A DNA stretch of 64,000 bases from an uncultured archaeon (GCA_964655455.1 CAZZMN010000006.1:36951-100950), one strand, 5' to 3'; positions 1-10,355 are shown, counted from the first letter of the stretch. The notes: generated by a model from the letters alone, not told the origin. A program made the numbers and translations.

Positions 1-768
1 ATCTCGGTGTTCACTCATGTGGCAATGATGTCCGCCGTGTCCAGCTTTCCCCTTGCAAAAAGGAAATTTGCAATAACGCTTGCAAGAGCTTATAGAAAAG
101 CGATGGAGGAAGATAAAAGTGAAAGACTCCCAGAGATACTTGCGGCAAACTTTGGAATTAAGATAATTAGAAATGAGAGTATTCTGATCCACGTTAGCGA
201 TTACTTAAAGGCTGCAGCAAAGATCAAATCAGAAGAGTGGAAGCTGTGTAACAGGAATCTCAGAAAGGGTTACGTCGATCTCAGTCTGAAGGAATTTTAC
301 AGAGTTATCGAAGAATACCTGAGGGAGCTTTTCCTTAAAGATGTTTCGATTAACTTAGAAGATCTGAACAGATTAAGAGAAATCACTGCAAAATTTGAGC
401 TAAAGAGGTCAGCTCACACTGTTAAAGGGGAATTCAGCAGATTCCCTCCATGTATGATGAAAATTCTATCCAATTTACAGATGGGAGAAAACGTCCCGCA
501 TACAGCGAGATTTGCTTTAACGACGTTCCTTCTTAACATTGGGTATAGCATCGACGAAATTATCAATCTCTTCAGAAAAGCTCCCGATTTTGATGAAGAT
601 AAAACAAGATATCAGGTGGAACACATTGCTGGAAAGAGGGGTTCAAGAAAGGAATACGATACCCCATCGTGCTCGACGATGAAGACTTATCACAACTGTG
701 TAGCTGAATGTGGCGTTAAGCACCCCCTCGAATACTACCGAAAGCACCTTCGTAAGAAACACTTTTAG
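1..768 (+). CDS. priL: DNA primase large subunit PriL, C-terminal part (5' end cut by window edge)
   Basis: The frame is open to position 1. It contains FPPCMMKIL...GENVPHTARFALTTFLLNIGYS, typical of the PriL Fe-S domain, followed by the Cys-rich PSCSTMKTYHNCVAECG. Confidence 0.8.
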   Translation: MSVFTHVAMMSAVSSFPLAKRKFAITLARAYRKAMEEDKSERLPEILAANFGIKIIRNESILIHVSDYLKAAAKIKSEEWKLCNRNLRKGYVDLSLKEFYRVIEEYLRELFLKDVSINLEDLNRLREITAKFELKRSAHTVKGEFSRFPPCMMKILSNLQMGENVPHTARFALTTFLLNIGYSIDEIINLFRKAPDFDEDKTRYQVEHIAGKRGSRKEYDTPSCSTMKTYHNCVAECGVKHPLEYYRKHLRKKHF

Positions 769-792
769 AACAGATGCGATGAGGTAGTCCAG

Positions 793-1812
793 ATGAAAGT
801 TGTCGAAGAAAATTTAAAAGGAAATGAGGGTGAAATAAAGCTCATTCCTGAAACGATAGAAGATTTATGGCATTTAAAATACATAGTGGAGCCGGGGGAC
901 ATCGTATTCTCCTTAACGAAAAGGGTTAGTGAGAGTAGTGACAAGCTCAGAAGCGATAAAGAAATGGTTGTAGTAAGACTGGGAATACAGGTGGAAAAAG
1001 TAGAATTCCACAAATTCGCAAACAGGTTGAGAATAACGGGGAGGATTGTTGGAGGTATTGATGAATCGGGATATCATACAATCAACATAACAATGGGGAA
1101 AGAACTGAGCGTAATAAAAAAATGGAAAGAGGAGCAAATCGAAAGGATAAAAACGGCGGTCGAATCGTCAAACAGACCCGAAGTTGTGATAGTGACAATT
1201 GAAGAAGGGGAAGCTGTGATCGGCGTCCTGAGACAGTGGGGTGTCGAGGAAGTCGGTGTCGTCAGAGGTAGCTACGGGAAAGATAGGGGAGACTACAGGA
1301 GAGAATTTTTCGGTGAAGTGTATTCAGCTTTGAAAAATTTAGATTTTAGGTATCTCGTTATAGCGGGGCCGGGATTCGCAAAAAATGATTTTTACGAATT
1401 TTTAAAAGAAAAAGAAAAAATTGATGCTGTAATTGTGGACACATCATCCATAGGGACAAGGGGGTTTGTCGAAGTTCTGAAAAGAGGTGTTATCGACAGA
1501 ATTGTCGGGGAGATAAAGATAGCGAAAGATGCCAAGTACATCGATAAGCTATTGGAGGAAATAGCAAAGGACGGGAAAGCCGCTTACAGTCTTGATGAAG
1601 TTAGGAGAGCGTTCGAATACGGAGCAATCGAAACCCTACTCATAACGGATGAATTTCTAAGAAAGGAGAGGGAGAAGTGGGATATCGATGAATTTCTGAA
1701 AAACGTTGAAAACATGGGTGCCAAAATCGTAATAATGAGCTCAGAATTTGAGCCGGGTAAAAGGTTGAATGCTCTCGGAGGTATAGCGGCACTTCTTAGG
1801 TTTAAATTTTGA
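793..1812 (+). CDS. pelA: Pelota (archaeal Dom34 homologue, mRNA surveillance)
   Basis: 339 aa. The N-terminus IPETIEDLWHLKYIVEPGDIV and the eRF1-like C-terminal domains (AGPGF..., GGIAALLRF) fit Pelota. A GAGGT lies just upstream of the ATG. Confidence 0.85.
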   Translation: MKVVEENLKGNEGEIKLIPETIEDLWHLKYIVEPGDIVFSLTKRVSESSDKLRSDKEMVVVRLGIQVEKVEFHKFANRLRITGRIVGGIDESGYHTINITMGKELSVIKKWKEEQIERIKTAVESSNRPEVVIVTIEEGEAVIGVLRQWGVEEVGVVRGSYGKDRGDYRREFFGEVYSALKNLDFRYLVIAGPGFAKNDFYEFLKEKEKIDAVIVDTSSIGTRGFVEVLKRGVIDRIVGEIKIAKDAKYIDKLLEEIAKDGKAAYSLDEVRRAFEYGAIETLLITDEFLRKEREKWDIDEFLKNVENMGAKIVIMSSEFEPGKRLNALGGIAALLRFKF

Positions 1813-2623
1813 ACTTCCACTCTCTCCTGATTTCGGGAACGTTTGCTATGGCTTTTCTTCTTATAAATTCCAGACAATCTCTTCCATATTCTTTGATAAC
1901 CTTTTTTAAGTTTACGACAATGCATCCTGGAATTCTTAAATCCGTGATTTCTTCAAGCTTTTCAGAAACCTTTAAGAATTCTATTAGTCTCTCCGTTCTC
2001 TCCATATCAAGACCGTGCTTTTCCATTAACTCTACGTTGTATACGGAGAGCGGTTGAAGAAACATTTCCATTTCAAGGGAGTTAGATAGCTCAGCTATTT
2101 TGAAAACATCTTCGTCGTTAATTCCTGGCATGTGTATCGTTCGGATAATACCCTTTACGGATGACAATTTCAGAGCTTTTAAGTTTTCGATTAGTGTATC
2201 AAAACCGTCAAAACCTGTTATTTCGATGTATTTCTTTCTTGATGCGGCATTCAGACTGACCATTGCGATATCGAAGTACTTTTCCAATCTTTTTATTGCT
2301 TTTTTATCCAAAAAAATCCCGTTTGTCTGCAAATCAAGTCTTGCGTCTGGAAACATCTCTTTTAATCCTTTTGCGACCCTTTCGACTTCATCGATCCCTG
2401 CCAAGAGTGGCTCGCCGAATTGGGAGATCGTTATTGCTTTAACATTTTCTGTTTTGCCGTAGTATCCCGGTTTCGGAGCTTTCCCCTTCTTCACTGCAAT
2501 AATCGAGTAGCAATAAATACACTGTAAATTACACCTCGTCGTGATCTCGTAACTTGGATGGTGGACTGGATCCCCCTTCTCGTCATTCCCCGGACAGAAT
2601 TCGCAGTGTGAAGACGCTTTCAT
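1802..2623 (-). CDS. radical SAM protein, function unknown
   Basis: 273 aa with the CNLQCIYC CxxxCxxC motif after HHPSYEITTR, plus GEPLL and LQTNG core motifs. The 3' end overlaps Pelota by 11 nt. Confidence 0.7.
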   Translation of the reverse strand: MKASSHCEFCPGNDEKGDPVHHPSYEITTRCNLQCIYCYSIIAVKKGKAPKPGYYGKTENVKAITISQFGEPLLAGIDEVERVAKGLKEMFPDARLDLQTNGIFLDKKAIKRLEKYFDIAMVSLNAASRKKYIEITGFDGFDTLIENLKALKLSSVKGIIRTIHMPGINDEDVFKIAELSNSLEMEMFLQPLSVYNVELMEKHGLDMERTERLIEFLKVSEKLEEITDLRIPGCIVVNLKKVIKEYGRDCLEFIRRKAIANVPEIRREWKFKI

Positions 2624-2748
2624 AGCCTCGTCGTAGGCTAAATACTTTTAGTTTAAATAATCTTCTACAGCCTTTACAGAAAACATCGCAGAGCGTGCTG
2701 TGCGAAACATTTATGATCTATTGTAAAGAATTTTTGGATGGTGGGATT

Positions 2749-4170
2749 ATGATTGAAAAAATATCACTGTTTACTCGTATAGTAAATAACCCTATTACAA
2801 AGAAATCCCTTCAGGGTCTTACCGGTTACTGTGAGATCGATGGGAAGAATCGGCTTGAGGTTGCGATCGAACTTGCTCTTGGTTACCGAGAGGATGCTTG
2901 CTGGAAGTGCAGGATGGCTTCGAAAACGGTGGAACCCATCTTGATAAAGGGTGCTGAATCCTTTAACGTTACTATGGACGATTTAAAGGAGAAATTTAAA
3001 GATGCGTATTGGAGGAAGGGTCTCGTTAGCGTCATCAAAGGATTAGCCTTTTTCGGAGTTAGAAAACCCTTCGTTCCGGGAGCCCCCTTTCAAGTAGTCT
3101 GGGATGTTACCTACGCATGTAATCTGAGATGCAGACACTGCTATTCAGCTGCAGGCAAATCTCTGAAGGATGAGCTTACAACTGAAGAAGCTCTGGACGT
3201 GATTGACAAACTTGACAGACTTGGTGTAACCATTATCTCCTTTTCGGGGGGAGAGCCTTTATTGAGAAAGGACATTTTTGAATTAACGAGTTATGCCGCT
3301 GATAAAGGAATCTACGTAGCTGTAGCTACAAACGGAACGCTTATAGACGAAGAAACTGCAAAAAAGATGAAAGAAAACGGAGTTGGATACGTCCAGATTA
3401 GCCTCGATGGAGCCAAAGAAACTCACGAATCTTTCAGAGGGATTAGGGGATGCTACGAGAGAACAGTGAACGGAATAAAGAATGCCGTCAAAGAGGGGCT
3501 TTTTGTGAACGTTTCGATGACCGTGACGCGTCTGAATTATGACGACGTTCCAAAAGTCATTGAGCTTTGTGAAAAAATTGGAGTCAACTGGTTCATGCAT
3601 TACAATTTCATTCCAACGGGAAGAGGTACGGCTGAGATTGACATCACACCAGAACAGAGAGAAAATCTCTTAAAAATGATTTACGAAAGAAATAAAACAT
3701 CTAACATAAGCTTGCTATCGACGGCACCTCAATTCGCCCGCGTTGCTATGCAGTGCGATGCCGAATTAATCCCAACTCATTTCTACAACATTAAAGCGGG
3801 AGAAAGGCTTAAGGAATTGGCCGAGTTCATAGGAGGTTGTGGCGCCGGTAGATTTTACTTTGCAATAAAAGCTAACGGCGACATCCAGCCCTGCGTTTTC
3901 TTTCCTCTGAAGATTGCAAACATAAAAGAGCTTAGCTCGAAAGAACTCGAAGATCTATGGCTTCACAATCACGTTTTTGAGGATCTTAGAAACAAAGATA
4001 TCCTGAAAGGTTGTGGGGAGTGCGGCTACCGATACTACTGTGGCGGATGTAGGGCGAGAGCTTTCAACTACTTTGGGGACTACACAATGCCAGATCCCGG
4101 TTGCATAAACAACCTGAAGTATTGGAAGACCGTTCATGATATCTCTTATAAATCCGAATGCGGACGTTGA
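2749..4170 (+). CDS. radical SAM / SPASM-domain enzyme with a ~120-aa Cys-containing N-terminal extension
   Basis: Start chosen at the ATG at 2749, preceded by GGTGGG. Carries the CNLRCRHC core, SGGEPLL, and the SPASM tail GGCGAGRFYFAIKANGDIQPC...CGECGYRYYCGGCRARA. There is an extra CWKC in the N-terminal part. Confidence 0.75.
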   Translation: MIEKISLFTRIVNNPITKKSLQGLTGYCEIDGKNRLEVAIELALGYREDACWKCRMASKTVEPILIKGAESFNVTMDDLKEKFKDAYWRKGLVSVIKGLAFFGVRKPFVPGAPFQVVWDVTYACNLRCRHCYSAAGKSLKDELTTEEALDVIDKLDRLGVTIISFSGGEPLLRKDIFELTSYAADKGIYVAVATNGTLIDEETAKKMKENGVGYVQISLDGAKETHESFRGIRGCYERTVNGIKNAVKEGLFVNVSMTVTRLNYDDVPKVIELCEKIGVNWFMHYNFIPTGRGTAEIDITPEQRENLLKMIYERNKTSNISLLSTAPQFARVAMQCDAELIPTHFYNIKAGERLKELAEFIGGCGAGRFYFAIKANGDIQPCVFFPLKIANIKELSSKELEDLWLHNHVFEDLRNKDILKGCGECGYRYYCGGCRARAFNYFGDYTMPDPGCINNLKYWKTVHDISYKSECGR

Positions 4171-5497
4171 GGTAGTAAGAAAATTAGATATATCCACCCC
4201 TCCCTTAGGTTTGGGTTATCTTGCATCGTGTTTAAGAGAAAGGGGATTTAGAGTTGAAATAATAGACGATTTGGTTGAAAGATTGAGCTTTGATCAAATA
4301 CTGAAAAGGATTAAAAACTCCCTAATCGTAGGGATCACTTCGACAACGCCGACATTTAACGCTGCCCTAAGATACGCAAAAAAGATCAAAGAGGCATTTC
4401 CGAACATCTTTGTCATCATGGGCGGTGTTCACGCAACATTCAAACCATACGATGCCCTGAAATATGCTGACGCGGTCTGTATCGGAGAGGGCGAAGAGAC
4501 GATCGTCGAAGTTACCGAGAGAGTCGAAAGCGGGAAAAGTCTCGAAGGAATCCGCGGAATCATCTACAAAGAAAGGGACAAGATATTCGTAAATTCCCCA
4601 CGCAAATTTATAGAGAATTTGGACATGATTCCTTTCCCAGCTTACGATTTAATGCCCCTCGATAAGTACACAGTCTTTGAGGGAAGACTGGAGCACTTTC
4701 CAGTAATGACTTCAAGGGGTTGCCCTTTTGGATGCAGATACTGCTCTTCATCCCTATTTATGGGTCGCAAATTCAGAGCGAGAAGCCCTAAGAATGTTGT
4801 AGATGAAATAGAGTGGCTAATCAACGATTTCGGAGCAAAACACATAGCTTTTGCCGATGATACTTTCACGTTAAGCAAAAGAAGAGTCCTCGCAATATGC
4901 GACGAGATAAAGAAGAGAGGGCTCGAAATCGACTGGAGTTGCTCATCGAGAGTTGATACAATAAACGAAGAAGTGCTCAGAAAGATGAAGGAATCTGGAT
5001 GTTCTGCCATTTATTTCGGTGTTGAGTCGGCAAGTCCCGCAGTATTAGAATACTACAAAAAGAAAATCGACTTAAATAAGGTCGAAAAAGCTGTTAAACT
5101 CGCTAAAAAAGTAGGAATAGTAACAATCTGTTCGTTCATCATTGGTGCTCCATTCGAAAAAAAGGAAGATATGAAAAAAACTCTCGAATTTGCGTTAAAG
5201 TTAGATCCTGACTACGCCCAGTTCTCAATTCTCACACCTTATCCAGGAACAGAAATATATCAGGAAGCAAAGAAGAAAGGACTTCTGTTAACGGAAAACT
5301 ACGATGAGTATACAGCGGGAAAGCCCGTTTTAAAGAATTTTTACATGTCTCCGAGGGAAATTTCGAAATTTCTTAGATTTTGCTATGTGAGGTTCTACCT
5401 CAGACCAAGATTTCTATTAAGAGAAATAAAAAAGGGAAACTTAAAGGTTGTTTTAGGAGTTATAAAGAGAGTTCTAAAGAGTTCTAAAAAAATTTAG
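4136..5497 (+). CDS. B12-binding-domain (class B type) radical SAM enzyme
   Basis: N-terminal B12-binding-like domain (LINP...PPLGLGYLAS...GGVHATF...IGEGEE) followed by SRGCPFGCRYC. The start overlaps the preceding gene by 35 nt. Confidence 0.8.
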   Translation: MISLINPNADVEVVRKLDISTPPLGLGYLASCLRERGFRVEIIDDLVERLSFDQILKRIKNSLIVGITSTTPTFNAALRYAKKIKEAFPNIFVIMGGVHATFKPYDALKYADAVCIGEGEETIVEVTERVESGKSLEGIRGIIYKERDKIFVNSPRKFIENLDMIPFPAYDLMPLDKYTVFEGRLEHFPVMTSRGCPFGCRYCSSSLFMGRKFRARSPKNVVDEIEWLINDFGAKHIAFADDTFTLSKRRVLAICDEIKKRGLEIDWSCSSRVDTINEEVLRKMKESGCSAIYFGVESASPAVLEYYKKKIDLNKVEKAVKLAKKVGIVTICSFIIGAPFEKKEDMKKTLEFALKLDPDYAQFSILTPYPGTEIYQEAKKKGLLLTENYDEYTAGKPVLKNFYMSPREISKFLRFCYVRFYLRPRFLLREIKKGNLKVVLGVIKRVLKSSKKI

Positions 5498-6120
5498 AGG
5501 AGAGGCTTTAATATAACGGCGTTTTCCACACCCGCCTTGAACTCGTTTGGATCTGCCTCTGTGTTCGGAATCGCACCGTAGTGCATCGGGATGTAGTATT
5601 TGGCTTTGATATCTTTTGCGGCTTCAATCGCCTCCTTAACATCCATTGTGTAGGTTCCGCCGATCGGTAGCAGAGCAATGTCTACTTCTATGTTCTTCAT
5701 CTCCGGAATTCTGTCAGTATCTCCTGCATGATAGATCTTCACGCCATCGATGTTGATTATATATCCAACGCATCCGGCTTTGTGGAAAGGCTTGTCCACG
5801 TTGTAGGCTGGAACTGTCTGGATTTCAACACCCTTCACAGTAACTTTGTCTTCTTCCATGACATCGCATGTCTGGTAACCTTCGATTATGCAACCTTTCG
5901 GGTGGACGATAACTGTATCCGATTTCGAAAGGTTTCTAATCGATTTCATATCCATGTGATCGAAGTGATCATGGGTTACCAAAATGATGTCTGCCTTTTC
6001 GAGCTCTTTCGTAACCCCGTAAGGATCAATGTAGATGACGACGGAATCCTTTATTCTAAATCCCGCATGCTTTAGCCAAGTTATTTCAATATTTTTGTAT
6101 TTGAACGTGCTTTCTTCCAT
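5494..6120 (-). CDS. metallo-beta-lactamase fold metal-dependent hydrolase (UPF0173-like)
   Basis: 208 aa with VTHDHFDHMD (HxHxDH) and later HAGDTD and PMHYG motifs. Confidence 0.7.
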   Translation of the reverse strand: MEESTFKYKNIEITWLKHAGFRIKDSVVIYIDPYGVTKELEKADIILVTHDHFDHMDMKSIRNLSKSDTVIVHPKGCIIEGYQTCDVMEEDKVTVKGVEIQTVPAYNVDKPFHKAGCVGYIINIDGVKIYHAGDTDRIPEMKNIEVDIALLPIGGTYTMDVKEAIEAAKDIKAKYYIPMHYGAIPNTEADPNEFKAGVENAVILKPLL

Positions 6121-6388
6121 GAGATAATTTGGATTTTTGAAAAATAAATAGATTTTGGATCAAGTTTACAGAAAGAAGATGAAAGAACTCAACGTCCACC
6201 TCTCTGATATTTTAACTTGACGAGATCTCTTGAGATGAGAGATGAAGTATTTACAATATCAAATCTCGAACACCAGAGTAAATGTTGATTTGGTTGAAAA
6301 GGGAACTTTGGAGAGATTCGAAGGTAAGACTGAGAGAGTTAGCGACCTGAGAAAAGAGTTATAATTTTCCTTATTCCAATAAATCATA

Positions 6389-7654
6389 ATGAAAAAAATA
6401 CTGTTGCTAATCTCACTTATCCTTCTAATCAATGGAGCGGCGGGAGAAATTGTAGAAGTCAAAATAGAGGGAACGATAAACGAGGGGACTTTCGTCACAG
6501 TAGATTACGCGTTTCAAATCGCTGAGGAAAGAGGAGCTAATGCAATCTTGATAATCGTGGACACTCCCGGTGGCTTAGTATCCTCTACGGAAAAGATAAT
6601 CTCAAAAATACTCAACAGCGATATTCCCGTAATAGCTTACGTTCCGCCGGGATCTTTCTCAGCCTCAGCTGGCTCTCTTATCGTCGTTTCGGCGAATATT
6701 GCGGCAATGGCAAACGGGACATCAATTGGGGCGGCTACACCCATAACAGTCGGGTTAGGAGAGCCAAGAGTTGAGGAAAAAGTAGTTAATTATCTTGCAA
6801 GTTACGCAAAGTCGATTGCGGAAAAAAGGAACAGAAATGCAACGGCAATAGAGAAATTCGTAACCGAAGCCTATAGCGTATCCGCAGGGGATGCCTATAA
6901 ATACGGGATTATCGATATACTCGCAGATTCAAAAGAGGAACTTTTAAAAAAGATCGATGGGATGGTCGTTGTAACATCCAAGGGTGAGATGACGATAGAG
7001 ACGGAAAATCAGGAGATCTATCAGGTGAAAAAGCCCCTAAAAGCAAAAATTTTTGAATTGCTGTCATCTCCAGAGCTTGCGTCCATCCTTCTGATTTTGG
7101 GGATATACTGCTTAGTTTTCGGATTAAATTCACCGGGTTATGGTGCTGAAGTCCTTGGAGCGATCTGCTTGATCTTGGCACTTTTTGGTCTCGGAGTGAT
7201 TGGGATAAACTACATCGGAGTAATCCTTATCCTCATGGGGATTCTTTTCCTGATCGCGGAAATGCTCACACCGACGTATGGGGTTCTCGGAGCCGCTTCA
7301 ATCGCATGCATAATTCTCGGATCGATAATGTTGTTTAACGAGCCATTAATGCCCAGAGATTTTTACACAAAATTCCCGATGCTAATTGGTGGAATCACCA
7401 CAGGACTCGGGATAATCATGACCTACGCGATCGTGAAGATCATTCAACTTAGAAAAATAAAAAGAAAAGTTGGTGGAGAAGCTCTCATCGGAGAGACGGG
7501 AGAAGTTGTCGAGTTTTCGAATGGCCAGGGATTCGCGAGGATTCATGGAGAGTTGTGGAGCATCGAGAGCGATGATGATTTAAAGAAAGGTGATACTATT
7601 ATCGTTGTTGAAAGAAAAGGGTTAAGGCTTAAGGTGAAGAAGTATGAGCGTTGA
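6389..7654 (+). CDS. nfeD: NfeD-family membrane-bound ClpP-class serine protease (long form)
   Basis: Signal-like N-terminus, VDTPGGLV and SASAGSLIV protease motifs, several TM helices, and a C-terminal OB-like GFARIHGELWSIES. Confidence 0.8.
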   Translation: MKKILLLISLILLINGAAGEIVEVKIEGTINEGTFVTVDYAFQIAEERGANAILIIVDTPGGLVSSTEKIISKILNSDIPVIAYVPPGSFSASAGSLIVVSANIAAMANGTSIGAATPITVGLGEPRVEEKVVNYLASYAKSIAEKRNRNATAIEKFVTEAYSVSAGDAYKYGIIDILADSKEELLKKIDGMVVVTSKGEMTIETENQEIYQVKKPLKAKIFELLSSPELASILLILGIYCLVFGLNSPGYGAEVLGAICLILALFGLGVIGINYIGVILILMGILFLIAEMLTPTYGVLGAASIACIILGSIMLFNEPLMPRDFYTKFPMLIGGITTGLGIIMTYAIVKIIQLRKIKRKVGGEALIGETGEVVEFSNGQGFARIHGELWSIESDDDLKKGDTIIVVERKGLRLKVKKYER

Positions 7655-7871
7655 GGATGAGCTGAGAAGGGAGACAATTAAGTGGCTTGAAAGGATAGAA
7701 AAGCTAGACTTTGATGGAGACAAGGATTTCGTAGAGAATGTGAGGGCATACATTTCCGATTCAAGATACTTCCTTGAAAAAAATGACCTTATAAGAGCTT
7801 TTGAGTGTGTCGTCTGGGCTTGGGCTTGGTTAGAAATTGGAAAGAGGTACGGGTTCGTATGTCTTCGGTAA
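7644..7871 (+). CDS. small DUF357-like protein
   Basis: 75 aa. AYISDSRYFLEKNDLIRAFECVVWAWAWLEIGKRYG resembles the DUF357 pattern as recalled from memory. It overlaps both neighbours. Confidence 0.5.
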   Translation: MSVEDELRRETIKWLERIEKLDFDGDKDFVENVRAYISDSRYFLEKNDLIRAFECVVWAWAWLEIGKRYGFVCLR

Positions 7872-8911
7872 AAATATTTAGTGTAAAGGGGATCGACGTT
7901 AAAGTGCACTACTCTCTGATCTTAGTCATATTTCTGTTTTCATACGTCTTTTACGTCATGCCACCTCCTTACGGTTTCCGAGATGTCTCCTATTCGCTTC
8001 CTCTATCGATCTTGGCGTCAGTTTCCCTCCTGATTTCGGTATTACTCCATGAACTTGGGCATTCTTTACTGAGTTTAAGAAAAGGTATCAGGGTAAGGGA
8101 GATAATCCTCTTCATATTCGGTGGCATAGCCGTTCTTGAAACTCAGCCGAAGGGAAAGGATGAACTCGTGGTATCCTTGGTTGGCCCGCTCGTTAGCTTG
8201 GTAATAGCCTTTGCATTCTACCTGATCTCCCTTTCAGGAATCCCTCTTTTAAAAGAGTTTTCAGATGTATTTTTCAGGGTAAATTTGGTGATAGCCCTTT
8301 TCAACCTGCTACCGGCGTTTCCCCTCGATGGCGGAAGGATTCTAAGGGGTTATCTTACAGAAAAAATCGGATTCAGAAAAGCCACGATAATATGCGGAGA
8401 GCTTGGAAAATCCCTTGCAATATTCCTCGCAATCATTGGGCTGTTCTATAACATCTGGCTGACTCTTATAGCGATATTCATTTACCTCGGAGCTTCAGAG
8501 GAAGAAAAGCTGTCGAAGATTGAAAGCATCTTCGAGAAGCTAAGGGTTAGAGATATAATGACCAGATATGTGAAAACTGTTAGTCCCGAAATGACCGTTG
8601 AAGAATTTATAGAATTCGTTTTCGAAAACAAGCACCTTGGTTACCCTGTCACGGATAACGGCAAAGTTATCGGGATGATCACACTCCACGATGTTGTCGG
8701 GAAGGATAAACACATGAAGATAAAGGATATTATGAAGACGAATGTAGTCTCCTTATCACCAGACGATTCGGCTTTTAAAGCGTTCAAAATAGTCAACGAA
8801 ACTGGTCTCGGCAGAATTCCCGTAATAGAAAACGGAAAACTAGTCGGAATTGTATCGAAAACAGATCTCGTTAGAGTCATGCAGATAATGGAGGTGCTCA
8901 ACGTTGAGTGA
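7859..8911 (+). CDS. site-2 protease family (M50) zinc metalloprotease with tandem CBS domains
   Basis: HELGHS and FNLLPAFPLDGGR motifs in a polytopic region, then two CBS-like repeats (IMTRYV...GYPV, IMKTNV...GRIPV). The internal ATG at 7859 is preferred over 7805. Confidence 0.8.
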   Translation: MSSVKIFSVKGIDVKVHYSLILVIFLFSYVFYVMPPPYGFRDVSYSLPLSILASVSLLISVLLHELGHSLLSLRKGIRVREIILFIFGGIAVLETQPKGKDELVVSLVGPLVSLVIAFAFYLISLSGIPLLKEFSDVFFRVNLVIALFNLLPAFPLDGGRILRGYLTEKIGFRKATIICGELGKSLAIFLAIIGLFYNIWLTLIAIFIYLGASEEEKLSKIESIFEKLRVRDIMTRYVKTVSPEMTVEEFIEFVFENKHLGYPVTDNGKVIGMITLHDVVGKDKHMKIKDIMKTNVVSLSPDDSAFKAFKIVNETGLGRIPVIENGKLVGIVSKTDLVRVMQIMEVLNVE

Positions 8912-10091
8912 GATTATCGTAGTCGGGACTGCTCACGTATCCAAAAAAAGCATCGAGGAAGTTGAGAGAATTATAGAAAAAGAAAAACCGGATGCTGTTG
9001 CGGTGGAGCTCGATTTTAGGAGATTTGAAGCTTTAATTGGAAAGAGGCAGGATATCAATCTCGTAGAGATAATAAAGAAAGGAAATCTATTTTTGTTTCT
9101 TTTTCAACTCATTTTATCAAATCTTCAGAAGAGGTTGGGTAAGGAAACAGGAGTTAATCCCGGCGAGGAGATGCTTAGAGCGATCGGGAAGGCGAGAGAA
9201 ATTGGCGCCGATGTTCTGTTAATAGACAGGGATATCGCAATAACGATGAAGAGACTGTGGAATGAGCTATCATTTTTTGAGAAACTTAAGCTCATGTATC
9301 ATCTGTTTAAGGGGAAGGGTGAAGAGTTCGAAATCGATGAGATAATTGAAAAGAATCTTGCCGATCTTTTTATCGAGGAGTTCAGGAAGATTTCTCCAAA
9401 GGCTGCCAAAATTCTAATAGATGAAAGGGATATGTATATGGCTTTGTCTTTGCTAAACGCCTCCAAGAAATACAACAAGATAGTGGCCGTAGTTGGAGCG
9501 GGTCACAAGGAGGGAATTGAGAGGTTTTTGAGAAATCCACCCGAAATCGATATAAGACAGTTGGTAGAGGTAAAAGAAAAAAAGATAAGTGTTCTAAAGA
9601 TAATCGGTAGTCTGATTACTCTTTTCACAATCCTTCTGTTAATTTCGATTTTGATAAAATTGGGGACATCAGAATTCTTTTCGGCTCTCATCTTCTGGTT
9701 TCTCATAAACGGAATTCTTTCATCCGTTTTCGCTGCCATAGCAGGTGGTCACGTTCTTTCGATTCTTACAGCTTTTTTTGTCGCTTGGCTGACATCACTT
9801 TCACCTTTATTGGCGGCTGGCTGGTTTTCAGGAGTAGTTGAATTCTTCGTGAGAAAACCAACTCAGGAGGATTTGGAGAGATTGATAAGGGCGGAGAGCC
9901 TAAGAGATATGTACAAGAATAAAGCTTTCAGAGTATTGCTCGTAGCTGCTCTAACAAATTTGGGAAGCGGTTTGGGAACTCTGATCGGACTCTGGTATCT
10001 TTCGACACATTACGGAATAAATATAAAAGACGTAATTTTGGAATTTTTAAGTTTTGATCCTATTTGGATTGAAACCTTTTTTAATGAGTAA
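8904..10091 (+). CDS. TraB/GumN family protein
   Basis: The N-terminus [17 protein letters not shown], the motif VVGAGHKEG and the C-terminal TM helices are typical of the TraB family. Confidence 0.75.
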   Translation: MSEIIVVGTAHVSKKSIEEVERIIEKEKPDAVAVELDFRRFEALIGKRQDINLVEIIKKGNLFLFLFQLILSNLQKRLGKETGVNPGEEMLRAIGKAREIGADVLLIDRDIAITMKRLWNELSFFEKLKLMYHLFKGKGEEFEIDEIIEKNLADLFIEEFRKISPKAAKILIDERDMYMALSLLNASKKYNKIVAVVGAGHKEGIERFLRNPPEIDIRQLVEVKEKKISVLKIIGSLITLFTILLLISILIKLGTSEFFSALIFWFLINGILSSVFAAIAGGHVLSILTAFFVAWLTSLSPLLAAGWFSGVVEFFVRKPTQEDLERLIRAESLRDMYKNKAFRVLLVAALTNLGSGLGTLIGLWYLSTHYGINIKDVILEFLSFDPIWIETFFNE

Positions 10092-10355
10092 CTCCTTCAC
10101 ACGGGACACATGATTCCCCTGAAGCTCTATTACGTTATTTTTAACGGTTCCTCCGCACGCCAATTTAGATTTAAGGAACTTTGCAAGCTCTTCCAAATTT
10201 ATCTCGCTTTTGTTAATTCCTTCAATTAGCGTAACCTCCTTACCATATCTCCTTTTAACGACCTTGATCGTTATTTGCTGTTGGTCCTTGGCAACCTCCT
10301 CGCAAACGCATAAATCTTTAGGTAACCCGCAAACAGGACATATCTCCAGACCCAT
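10047..10355 (-). CDS. sui1: translation initiation factor aSUI1 (eIF1 homologue)
   Basis: 102 aa with a [13 protein letters not shown] knuckle, then [20 protein letters not shown]...KLACGGTVK...IELQGNH, which is classic SUI1. Confidence 0.85.
   Translation of the reverse strand: MGLEICPVCGLPKDLCVCEEVAKDQQQITIKVVKRRYGKEVTLIEGINKSEINLEELAKFLKSKLACGGTVKNNVIELQGNHVSRVKELLIKKGFNPNRIKT

Noticed and set aside
6242-6364. 40-codon ORF (MKYLQYQISNTRVNVDLVEKGTLERFEGKTERVSDLRKEL) in the spacer upstream of nfeD, considered as a stomatin remnant or small gene.
   Set aside because: It has no SD or well-placed TATA, and no recognisable SPFH motif. Competing short ORFs occupy other frames of the same stretch. 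The evidence is insufficient.
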